A stretch of DNA of 48,039 bases from NCBI GenBank assembly GCA_029097145.1, contig JAQXNC010000048.1, positions 1 through 48,039 of the forward strand, read 5' to 3'. Under the pieces are notes generated by a model. It did not search any database. It saw only the letters and a program-made list of their open reading frames with translations, and had not been told where the DNA came from. The translations under genes and the position numbers were made by a program. Positions 29,767 to 37,948 of the stretch are shown in pieces; the first letter of the stretch is position 1; every line of letters begins with the position of its first letter. Source of the DNA: Bacillota bacterium. Its GTDB lineage: Bacteria; Bacillota_I; Bacilli_A; Erysipelotrichales; Erysipelotrichaceae.

Positions 29767-31535
29767 ATTTTACTCAATTCTTTAAAAATTCTGTTTAACT
29801 CAATATTTGCTTCTTTCTTAATGCCGGTCAGTGTTCTTGATTTAAAATTACGGTTTTCAATGCCAATATTAATCACTTGATTACTAGCCCCACACTTATA
29901 AGCTTCCAGTTTTATTCTCTCACCAAGACCATTTCTAATTAGATCTGAAGCATATACAACAATAGGTTTCCCCTCTTTAAATAATGCATTCAACAGTTCT
30001 GAATCAAGATGATTTAAATCTGTTGCGTTTACGAGATTATAATTATATTCATTAATAGAAATTTCATTTTCAATAAACTTTACATCATTTCCATAGGAAA
30101 TCACTGTAGCTACATAATCACTTTTTCTTATAACATAATTCCATTTCAGGAAATCATAATCTAATGATATAAATTCTCTATCGGAATAAACGCCATTTGT
30201 AACTCTCACTACTGCTGTATTCATATCAAATAGAACCTTTTTCATAATATTTCTGGTTTCATTGACATCTTTTCCCTGAAATAAAGGAATATTACATAAT
30301 GATAAAACAACAATATCATCAAGTCCCTGTTTGCACGAAATCTTATCAGTACAAATTGAAGATTTGAATAAGATAATGGTAATCTTAACATTATCATCTA
30401 TTGTATTTAAAAAATCATATCCATTTTTGACAAAACGATTATTATCAATAGCTAAAATAACATGATAACCAGATTTTGCCGATACACTGGCAGTAATTAT
30501 AGCTTTATCTCCTTCGTCGATGATAATTCTTTCCTTATATTTTAATTTCAAGGCATTAATATTTACCGATTTATAATCAGTAGATAAAACCAGTATCGCC
30601 TCATCATCATATGACATATAATCATCTATGTCTTTAATGATTATATCTTCGGAATTAAGATAACCCTTTGGAATTGATTTTATTGGTTTGCCGGTTATTT
30701 CATTGACAGCCTCAAAATAACCTAAAGATGATATTTCGCCATCTTCCATCTTTTTATATCCCTTGCCTTTTTTAGTTAGTGAGTGAATAATCACTGGATT
30801 AGTGGATTCTTTTGCTTTTTCAAGAACCTTCATCATCTTTTTAACACTATGTCCATCTACAGTACCAAGATAATCGATTCCAAAGTCTGAAAATATTCCT
30901 CCTTTAATAACATGTTCCTTTATATTATCTTTAAAACTGCCTACAGCATTAATGATAGACTGTCCAATCTGGGTGTTATCAAGGGTATTTACTACATCTT
31001 TCTTAATATTGATATATTCTTTAGAAGTTCTGAAATTATTTAATATCTTCATCACAAAATCGTTATAAGATAATTCTGATGAATCATTAAGAATAATGAT
31101 AATTGGTAATTTTCGATCACCGATATCTTTCAATCTTTTAAGAATCTGAGCATTATTCAATGACTGAACATTGATAATAACAATACTCTTACTCTTATCA
31201 TTGTTAAGTGTTTTAATAAGCGTCTGGGCATATGCACATGAAAATACTGTCTCAGTATCCATATTTTTATTTACTAAATTATTATGAAATCCCAGAATAT
31301 CAAAAGCTTTATTACTATTAATATCAGTAACGAAAATTTTATCATTATCAGAGCTAAAAATAAGTTTTATAGCTGTAGCTATTTCAACATTACTTAAATT
31401 ATCACCAAGAAAACCACCATTCTTACATGCGTCGCTGATTATCAGTTCCCTGATATTATGGCATAACTCATCAAGATTGGTGTCACTTAAACGATCAGAT
31501 AATTCGATATTTTTCATCTTACCATTGTCAGACAT
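29760..31535 (-). CDS. Dxs (1-deoxy-D-xylulose-5-phosphate synthase) homolog with degenerate cofactor/catalytic motifs; probably non-catalytic
   Basis: 591 aa in the ispA-dxs-recN slot. The Dxs-specific block is well kept (DYLGTVDGHSVKKMMKVLEKAKESTNPVIIHSLTKKGKGY). Other motifs are replaced: GGH -> GGF (F42, 31410-31412), DVGHQ -> TDINS, the GDG of the ThDP motif -> NVQ (31164-31172), LNDN -> LNDS, AEQHAV -> EGDKAI, DGxTHQG -> DKISCKQG. Confidence 0.7.
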   Translation of the reverse strand: MSDNGKMKNIELSDRLSDTNLDELCHNIRELIISDACKNGGFLGDNLSNVEIATAIKLIFSSDNDKIFVTDINSNKAFDILGFHNNLVNKNMDTETVFSCAYAQTLIKTLNNDKSKSIVIINVQSLNNAQILKRLKDIGDRKLPIIIILNDSSELSYNDFVMKILNNFRTSKEYINIKKDVVNTLDNTQIGQSIINAVGSFKDNIKEHVIKGGIFSDFGIDYLGTVDGHSVKKMMKVLEKAKESTNPVIIHSLTKKGKGYKKMEDGEISSLGYFEAVNEITGKPIKSIPKGYLNSEDIIIKDIDDYMSYDDEAILVLSTDYKSVNINALKLKYKERIIIDEGDKAIITASVSAKSGYHVILAIDNNRFVKNGYDFLNTIDDNVKITIILFKSSICTDKISCKQGLDDIVVLSLCNIPLFQGKDVNETRNIMKKVLFDMNTAVVRVTNGVYSDREFISLDYDFLKWNYVIRKSDYVATVISYGNDVKFIENEISINEYNYNLVNATDLNHLDSELLNALFKEGKPIVVYASDLIRNGLGERIKLEAYKCGASNQVINIGIENRNFKSRTLTGIKKEANIELNRIFKELSKIC

Positions 31536-31547
31536 ATGCTACTTAAC

Positions 31548-32390
31548 TTAACGTTTTTCAATTTTTTTAATAATATTTCTTAAATACTCTGTATTAAAAT
31601 TACGATCAACTAACAGATTATATATTTCATCAAACTCTTTATTGAGTTTTTTTCTTATTTCATCAACAGAATTGATAGATAGAGCTGTAGCTTTGGCATT
31701 TTTAGAATCACTATTCGATGGTTTACCTGTCTCTTCTTGAGTTTTAATTACATCAAATAAATCATCCTGAATCTGAAATATACGACCAATCTTTGTGCCC
31801 ACCATATTATAAAACTCTTCATGCTCCTCATCTTCAACCAGGACCATTGGGATTAATAGTGAGCATCTAAACAAGCAACCAGTCTTATAATCATCTATTT
31901 CTTCTAACATTTCATCTGTCACGTGTGTGCTATTTTCACTTTGTAAATCAAGCAGTTGTCCGTGAATCATGCCACCTACCCCGGCTAAAGAAGAAAGATA
32001 CTTGATTATTTTGATTCGTTTTTCAAAACTGATTCCTTCATCTTTGGCTACAACACCAAATGCTTCAGTGAGTAATCCATCACCAGCCAATACAGCTGTA
32101 TTTTCTTCAAAAGCTTTATGAACAGAGAGTTTCCCACGGCGATAATCATCATCATCCATGCATGGGAGATCATCGTGAATAAGCGAATATGTATGAATCA
32201 TTTCAAGAGCCAATGCACTATGATATGCAACTTCTCTTTTAGCTCCAAAACCATCCATTATACTGAAAATCAACGAAGGTCTAAAACGTTTACCACCATC
32301 AAGCGCATACACCATGGCATCTTTTATTCTAGAATCAATCATTGTCAATTCATAATCATTGATAAAGTTTTCAAAGCTATTCATTTTCAT
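31548..32390 (-). CDS. ispA: (2E,6E)-farnesyl diphosphate synthase / short-chain polyprenyl synthase
   Basis: Intact first and second Asp-rich motifs (LIHDDLPCMDDDDYRRGK; FQIQDDLFD), 280 aa. Follows xseB. Confidence 0.9.
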   Translation of the reverse strand: MKMNSFENFINDYELTMIDSRIKDAMVYALDGGKRFRPSLIFSIMDGFGAKREVAYHSALALEMIHTYSLIHDDLPCMDDDDYRRGKLSVHKAFEENTAVLAGDGLLTEAFGVVAKDEGISFEKRIKIIKYLSSLAGVGGMIHGQLLDLQSENSTHVTDEMLEEIDDYKTGCLFRCSLLIPMVLVEDEEHEEFYNMVGTKIGRIFQIQDDLFDVIKTQEETGKPSNSDSKNAKATALSINSVDEIRKKLNKEFDEIYNLLVDRNFNTEYLRNIIKKIEKR

Positions 32391-32580
32391 TCTCCTTATC
32401 AGATACCAGACTTTCTATCTTTTTTTCATATTCACCAAGTTGAAGATTAAGTTTTTCACTTAATTTTAAACCCTCTTCAAAAAGTTTGATAGAACTATCT
32501 AGGTCAGTATCACCTTTCTCCAGAATATTTACAATTTCTTCTAGACGATTCATTGAATCTTCAAATTTTTCCTTAGCCAT
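32377..32580 (-). CDS. xseB: Exodeoxyribonuclease VII small subunit
   Basis: 67 aa. FEDSMNRLEEIVNILEKGDTDLDSSIKLFEEG, typical of XseB. Overlaps both neighbours. Confidence 0.9.
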   Translation of the reverse strand: MAKEKFEDSMNRLEEIVNILEKGDTDLDSSIKLFEEGLKLSEKLNLQLGEYEKKIESLVSDKENENE

Positions 32581-33892
32581 TACTTATCTCCTTAACTGTT
32601 GCGAACAGAATTCCATTAATCATTTTAATTTCAATGTTATCATTAACTAAGATATCTTCTATATTTTTAATAACATGTCCATCTTTAACTACAATTGAGT
32701 ATCCTCTTGAAAGAGTATTCTGTATATTAAAAGCCTTTAAAAGAATCTCCATTCTCTTTATATGACTCTTTTTGTCATATAAAACCTTATCAATAGCTGT
32801 GACTATTCTTTTTGTATCTGACTTTATATTATATATTTTATCATTTATCTGATGATTTAACGCATATAACATACGTTCTTTCTTATTTAAAAGGATAGAA
32901 CGAGTTTTAATTATTTCTGATTTAAAATGCATGAGAGAACTGTTTAAAATACGTAGTTTTTTAATATGATTATCAAGCGTTACATAAATATTCTTAGATA
33001 AATGTTTCTCTAGATTATTGAGTTTCTGTATTTCATCATGAATTCTAATTATATATAAACGTTTTAAACGGTTTTCATATTGTTTAACGTCATATTTTAA
33101 TTCGTTGATATCTGGAGTAATAAGTTCTACCGATGCAGTTGGTGTCGGCGCTCTTAAATCAGCCACAAAATCAGCTATTGTAAAATCTTGTTCATGACCA
33201 ACTCCGGTAATGATAAATGTATTAAGATTATAAATTACATAAGCCAGGCGTTCATCGTTAAATGACCATAGGTCTTCAATAGATCCGCCACCTCTGGCTA
33301 GAATTATTGCATCATAATTCATCTCATCTACCTTGAGAAGTGTATTAATTATGTCCTGACTTGATTCATCGCCTTGAACCAAAACAGGATAATAATCAGT
33401 TCTAGCTACCGGCCAACGACGTTTAAAACATGTCTTAATATCGCTCATTGCAGCCGATTTATCGCCAACAAGAATAGCAATCTTCTCTGGATATAAAGGT
33501 TTTTGTTTCTTATGTTCATTATTAAAAAGACCGTCATCTGAAAGTCTCTTTTTTAATAGTTCATATTTCAAATATAATTCACCGATACCGTCGATTTTCA
33601 TTTCGGTTACATACAACTGTAACTGACCTGAACCTTCATATATCGATGTATTAGCCTTGACAATAACTTTATCACCATTCTTAGGTTTAAAGAGCAGTTT
33701 AGAAGCGTTGCCTTTAAACATAACACAGTTTATTCGAGCTCTTTCATCTTTCAAAGAAAAATATAAATGTCCAGAATAATGATTAGTAAAATTACTTATT
33801 TCACCACATACAATAATATTCTGGATATTATCATCAAAATCTAATTGTCCTTTGAGATAATGTACTAGCTCAAATACAGTTACTGCTTTCAT
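32573..33892 (-). CDS. xseA: Exodeoxyribonuclease VII large subunit
   Basis: 439 aa. N-terminal OB fold (GEISNFTNHYSGHLYFSLKD), ARGGGSIEDLWSFNDE, GVGHEQDFTIADFVADLRAPTPTA. Confidence 0.93.
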   Translation of the reverse strand: MKAVTVFELVHYLKGQLDFDDNIQNIIVCGEISNFTNHYSGHLYFSLKDERARINCVMFKGNASKLLFKPKNGDKVIVKANTSIYEGSGQLQLYVTEMKIDGIGELYLKYELLKKRLSDDGLFNNEHKKQKPLYPEKIAILVGDKSAAMSDIKTCFKRRWPVARTDYYPVLVQGDESSQDIINTLLKVDEMNYDAIILARGGGSIEDLWSFNDERLAYVIYNLNTFIITGVGHEQDFTIADFVADLRAPTPTASVELITPDINELKYDVKQYENRLKRLYIIRIHDEIQKLNNLEKHLSKNIYVTLDNHIKKLRILNSSLMHFKSEIIKTRSILLNKKERMLYALNHQINDKIYNIKSDTKRIVTAIDKVLYDKKSHIKRMEILLKAFNIQNTLSRGYSIVVKDGHVIKNIEDILVNDNIEIKMINGILFATVKEISNG

Positions 33893-34272
33893 TTTATCTG
33901 GTCTAAAACTCCATTAATATATTTAAAGGATTCATCATCGGAATATTCCTTTGCAATATTTACAGCTTCATCAATAGCGACCGCACGATCTACCTTTGCG
34001 GTTAAAATTTCACTTGTAGCCACAAGCAGAATAGCCTGATCAATATAATTCAAACGATTAAAAGACCATTTTTTTAATAGTGGCGTAATAATTTCAATAT
34101 AACGAAATTTGTTCTCTTTAATATCACTTAATAGAAGCAGAAGATACTCATCAGCTTCATCGATATTATCAAGACTAAATATATCTAAAACACAACTGTT
34201 TAAATCCTTATTTAGTAACAAATGCTGGTAAACAGAAAAAACCAGATTTTCTCTTATCTTATGTCTATTCAT
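33889..34272 (-). CDS. nusB: Transcription antitermination factor NusB
   Basis: 127 aa. R.R..VF..YQ start and AIDEAVNIAKEY...KYINGVLD C-terminus. Precedes xseA as in Bacillus. Confidence 0.85.
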   Translation of the reverse strand: MNRHKIRENLVFSVYQHLLLNKDLNSCVLDIFSLDNIDEADEYLLLLLSDIKENKFRYIEIITPLLKKWSFNRLNYIDQAILLVATSEILTAKVDRAVAIDEAVNIAKEYSDDESFKYINGVLDQIK

Positions 34273-34311
34273 ACTTAGTTATTTTACCATATTTTTTAAG
34301 TGGTTTGTTAA

Positions 34312-34668
34312 TTATAAACCGTATTTCTTTTTTATTTCTTCAATTGTACGATTTTCAATTTCCTTTTGTGTCAGTTGTCTTTCTGGCTTTGTGACAACCG
34401 GAGTTTCTTCCTTGATCACAATAGGTTCATTATTAACACATGAAGCAGATTCTTCTTTATTTATCACAGGCTTAACTTTTTTTGGTCTAATTGTATTACC
34501 ATCAGGAATGTTGACATCAAACGGCATCCCTTTATGTAAAATAATCTGTTTATAAAACATATTTACGGCCTGAGATGCCCCTATTCCTAATGTCTCAAGA
34601 ATTTCTTCAGCCTCTTTTTTTATTTCTGGTTCAATACGAATATAGATATTTGATGTTTTTCCAGCCAT
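34312..34668 (-). CDS. RelB/DinJ-family ribbon-helix-helix protein with a long C-terminal extension (no adjacent toxin)
   Basis: N-terminus NIYIRIEPEIKKEAEEILETLGIGASQAVNMFYKQIILHKGMPFDV matches the DinJ/RelB RHH pattern. About 60 aa of low-complexity Lys/Glu/Pro-rich tail. GGAGGA RBS. Confidence 0.65.
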   Translation of the reverse strand: MAGKTSNIYIRIEPEIKKEAEEILETLGIGASQAVNMFYKQIILHKGMPFDVNIPDGNTIRPKKVKPVINKEESASCVNNEPIVIKEETPVVTKPERQLTQKEIENRTIEEIKKKYGL

Positions 34669-34709
34669 AATTCCTCCAACAATGTATATACAATCGCAAT
34701 ATTTAATCT

Positions 34710-34718
34710 ATTATAACA
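34710..34718 (-). promoter_or_regulatory. Putative extended -10 promoter element for the RHH-nusB operon
   Basis: The minus strand reads TGTTATAAT (complement of 34710-34718), about 40 nt upstream of the ATG at 34668. The -35 is weak (GTTAAA). Confidence 0.35.
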
Positions 34719-34759
34719 TTTCCTATAACTATTTTAACATTTTAGGATATAATTTATAT

Positions 34760-35296
34760 ATGTTAGTTAACTTTTTTAAACATTTATCAACTGTTCATAA
34801 TCATCGTATGATCGTAATGAAAATGGCATTTAAATGTCATATGTATTATCAGGGATTAACACACGATTTATCAAAATATACACCTACAGAATTATTCATA
34901 AGCGCCAAATATTTTCTGGGTTATCGATCACCGATTGGTAACGAAAGAAAACATATCGGTTATAGCCGCATATATCTACATCATAAAGGGCGCAATAAAC
35001 ATCATGCTGAATACTGGTTTGATCCTTATGCCAAAAACCGTCGTATTATCATGCCTGATAAATACATTCTTGAATCTGTCTTAGATAGAATTGCAGCTGC
35101 GAAAAATTATCTTAAAGACGACTACTACGACGGCGCTGCTTACGATTATTATCTCAAAGACAAACAGATTACTGACTATCTTCACGAAGAAGAAAAAGAT
35201 AAATTCAGTTATCTCTTGATTTATCTTAGAGATAATGGAGAAGAAAAATTGCTCAAACTGATTAAAAATTTATATAAAGAAGGCTTTATAAAATAA
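34760..35296 (+). CDS. DUF5662-like protein (sometimes annotated catalase-related); function unknown
   Basis: FKHLSTVHNHRMIVMKMAFKC...QGLTHDLSKY...HHKGRNKHHAEYW resembles the DUF5662 family as I recall it. I prefer ATG 34760, because the first 26 codons of the track ORF (from 34682) look like translated AT-rich spacer. Confidence 0.55.
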   Translation: MLVNFFKHLSTVHNHRMIVMKMAFKCHMYYQGLTHDLSKYTPTELFISAKYFLGYRSPIGNERKHIGYSRIYLHHKGRNKHHAEYWFDPYAKNRRIIMPDKYILESVLDRIAAAKNYLKDDYYDGAAYDYYLKDKQITDYLHEEEKDKFSYLLIYLRDNGEEKLLKLIKNLYKEGFIK

Positions 35297-35332
35297 AAGT
35301 GTATCGATTGTAAAAATGATACACTTATTTTT
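35297..35332. terminator. Bidirectional terminator between the DUF5662 gene (+) and the rhomboid gene (-)
   Basis: AAGTGTATC (35297-35305) pairs with GATACACTT (35318-35326), with T-run 35328-35332 and an A-run upstream. Overlaps the rhomboid stop codon. Confidence 0.6.
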
Positions 35333-36524
35333 CGATATAGAATTTGTTCAGTTTTTCAAGCAGTTTATCAGCACGCTTATCCATACCCAAATCACGATAT
35401 ATTTCAACAACTTTCATATCGGTACCAGCATACTTTGGTGTGATTTCTTCTACTGTATATACCTTTATAGTTAACACTATTAGCATAGCTATATACATTA
35501 TGATAAAAGGCTTTTTCTCAAATAATGCATAATACAATACAACACCAGATAATAGACCACCTAGATGCGCAAATACATCTACTCCACCCATGAAATTAAT
35601 TAAAATATTAAGCATGATTACCTGCATTGTCGAAGGTTCTTTAAGACGATTATTCTTAAAAGCAATAACCAGAAAGACCCCCATTAAGCCATATAATCCA
35701 CCACTTATTCCAATACTGATTGAATTTGAGCCAAACATCAGTGATGTTAATGAGCCAAAAATAACTGACATATAAAGAATTATGGCAAATTTTAATGAAC
35801 CCATTTCAGTTTCCATAAATCTTCCCATATTATAAAGAGCATACATATTCATAATTAAATGAAAAATGTTGCCATGAAGAAATGCCGATGATAATAATCG
35901 ATAAAACTCATATAATCCAACAGTAAATGTCTTGTAATTAGCTCCAAGTACAACAAGTGGATCAATGCTTCCATATTTCTGCATCATCAGTATCTCAATA
36001 AGATACATTATCACACATATTACAATGCTTACAGTTGTTACAACAGGCAATTTTACTTTTAGATTCTTTTTTTGTATTCTGGCTTGTTTTGTATAACTGT
36101 TTATTTCATGAACAATTTCGCTTATTTCTGCATTTGGATCATTTACTTCATGAACTACATTATGTATACCTGGATAAATATCATTAACTTCAATACCACT
36201 ATAATAATTACTATTCAGCGATATACTGTCATATACTTCATTATCAGTTATTTCTTCATTCGTTATATGAATATCAAGTAGACGTCCATTACTAATATGA
36301 AAATTCCTAAAGACATTACTTACAATGTTATCAACACGTTCCTTTTCAAAAATAACCTGTTCAATCGAATTCAGGGTTACTCTTATAATCGGATAAAACT
36401 GGTGCGAAGGATTAAACAGCCATAATTCTTCTTTTTTAGATGAATCACCAATATTTAAAGTCTTATATGAAAATTTCATTACAAAGAAAGACATCAATTG
36501 ATATAACTTATACATATTATTCAT
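35325..36524 (-). CDS. Rhomboid family intramembrane serine protease with N-terminal cytoplasmic domain (GluP/YqgP-like)
   Basis: FLHGNIFHLIMNMYALY, catalytic GISGGLYGLMG and HLGGLLSG motifs, 399 aa. Confidence 0.85.
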   Translation of the reverse strand: MNNMYKLYQLMSFFVMKFSYKTLNIGDSSKKEELWLFNPSHQFYPIIRVTLNSIEQVIFEKERVDNIVSNVFRNFHISNGRLLDIHITNEEITDNEVYDSISLNSNYYSGIEVNDIYPGIHNVVHEVNDPNAEISEIVHEINSYTKQARIQKKNLKVKLPVVTTVSIVICVIMYLIEILMMQKYGSIDPLVVLGANYKTFTVGLYEFYRLLSSAFLHGNIFHLIMNMYALYNMGRFMETEMGSLKFAIILYMSVIFGSLTSLMFGSNSISIGISGGLYGLMGVFLVIAFKNNRLKEPSTMQVIMLNILINFMGGVDVFAHLGGLLSGVVLYYALFEKKPFIIMYIAMLIVLTIKVYTVEEITPKYAGTDMKVVEIYRDLGMDKRADKLLEKLNKFYIEK

Positions 36525-37431
36525 AATTTCCTTCTTTCATTTTTATATAATCCTTCATATATGAAGGCATATCTGTTACAAATTCCATTCTCTTCTTAGT
36601 AGATGGATGAATAAAACTCAAATAATAAGCGTGCAGATATTGACCGCTTTCATCAATCAGTTTTTTATTAGAATATTTCGCATCATTAACAACTGGATGA
36701 TTAATGAATTTCATATGTACCCTGATCTGATGAGTTCTTCCGGTTTTCAATTCACATTCTACAAGAGTTGAATCATCAAAACGTTTCAATACTTTAAAGT
36801 GTGTTATTGCTTCTTTAGAATTTTTTAAAGTAACGCTCATCTTCTGACGATCTTTTTCATCACGACCAATTGGCGCATCAATTGTTCCTTCATCGTGTTC
36901 GAATACGCCATGACAAATTGCATAATACTTTCTAAAACAGGTCTTATCCTGCAACTGAGAACTTAAAGAAATATGTGCATTGTTATTTTTAGCACATACC
37001 AGAAGACCACTTGTATCTTTATCAATACGATGTACAATACCTGGGCGCATTTCGCCATTAATTCCACTTAGGTCTTTACAATGATACAAAAGACCATGTA
37101 CAAGTGTATTTTCATAATTACCAACAGCCGGATGAACAACAAGACCTTTTGGTTTATTAATAACAATCAGATCCTGATCTTCATAAACTATATCTAAATC
37201 CATTTTAACTGGTTTAAGTGTTACTTCTTTTGGTTCTTCATAATATAAAGTAATTTCATCATTTTCTACTACTTTAAATTTAGCTTTAGGAACTTCGCCA
37301 TTTAATAGTACTGATTTTTCGTCAATCAATCTTTGAATATTTGATCTCGATAATCCACTGATAATCGAAAGACAAGCGTCAATTCTCATTCCCTCATATT
37401 CACTTGTTACTATGTATTTATTTATCTGCAT
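36517..37431 (-). CDS. rluD: RluA-family 23S rRNA pseudouridine synthase (RluD-like)
   Basis: S4 domain N-terminus, catalytic HRIDKDTSGLLV, GRTHQIRVH. Follows lspA as in B. subtilis. Confidence 0.85.
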   Translation of the reverse strand: MQINKYIVTSEYEGMRIDACLSIISGLSRSNIQRLIDEKSVLLNGEVPKAKFKVVENDEITLYYEEPKEVTLKPVKMDLDIVYEDQDLIVINKPKGLVVHPAVGNYENTLVHGLLYHCKDLSGINGEMRPGIVHRIDKDTSGLLVCAKNNNAHISLSSQLQDKTCFRKYYAICHGVFEHDEGTIDAPIGRDEKDRQKMSVTLKNSKEAITHFKVLKRFDDSTLVECELKTGRTHQIRVHMKFINHPVVNDAKYSNKKLIDESGQYLHAYYLSFIHPSTKKRMEFVTDMPSYMKDYIKMKEGNYE

Positions 37432-37900
37432 GAATTACTCCTTTGTATTCCAGGATAGTAGCTAAAATAAACAAACCACAACCTACTGTTAAAAAGATAT
37501 CTGCAAAATTAAATACCGGGAAATCATAACCAAGGATAATGAAATCAATAAAATCTATGACATATTTATTTACAATTCGGTCATAAAAATTGCCTACAGT
37601 ACCACCTATCATAACAGTATAAGCAACTGTATACAGCCAATGTTCATTTTTTGACTTTAAGAGCAGTATGGTCAGAATAACCAGTGCAATACATGTAATA
37701 ATATAAAAATAAGTCATTTGACCTTCCATTATAGAAAAACCAGCGCCAGTATTACGAAGATAGTTTAACGAGAAAAAATTCTTGATAATCACGATTTCCT
37801 GTCCTAAAAACATATTCGTGGTTACAAGGTATTTAGTAAACTGATCAATCACAAACATTAATGCAATTGCTATAATTTCAAATATATATCTTTTACGCAT
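37418..37900 (-). CDS. lspA: Lipoprotein signal peptidase II
   Basis: 160 aa, four TM segments, NTGAGFS and FNFADIFLTVG motifs. Confidence 0.92.
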   Translation of the reverse strand: MRKRYIFEIIAIALMFVIDQFTKYLVTTNMFLGQEIVIIKNFFSLNYLRNTGAGFSIMEGQMTYFYIITCIALVILTILLLKSKNEHWLYTVAYTVMIGGTVGNFYDRIVNKYVIDFIDFIILGYDFPVFNFADIFLTVGCGLFILATILEYKGVIHADK

Positions 37901-37916
37901 ACGACTATTCTATCAT

Positions 37917-37948
37917 AAAGATAAGATAGTTTAAACTATCTTATCTTT
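37917..37948. repeat. Perfect 32-nt palindrome at the ABC-exporter / lspA junction
   Basis: AAAGATAAGATAGTTT|AAACTATCTTATCTTT: 16+16 nt with no mismatch. The right half (37936-37948) contains the last codons and TAG stop of the ABC gene. Confidence 0.7.
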
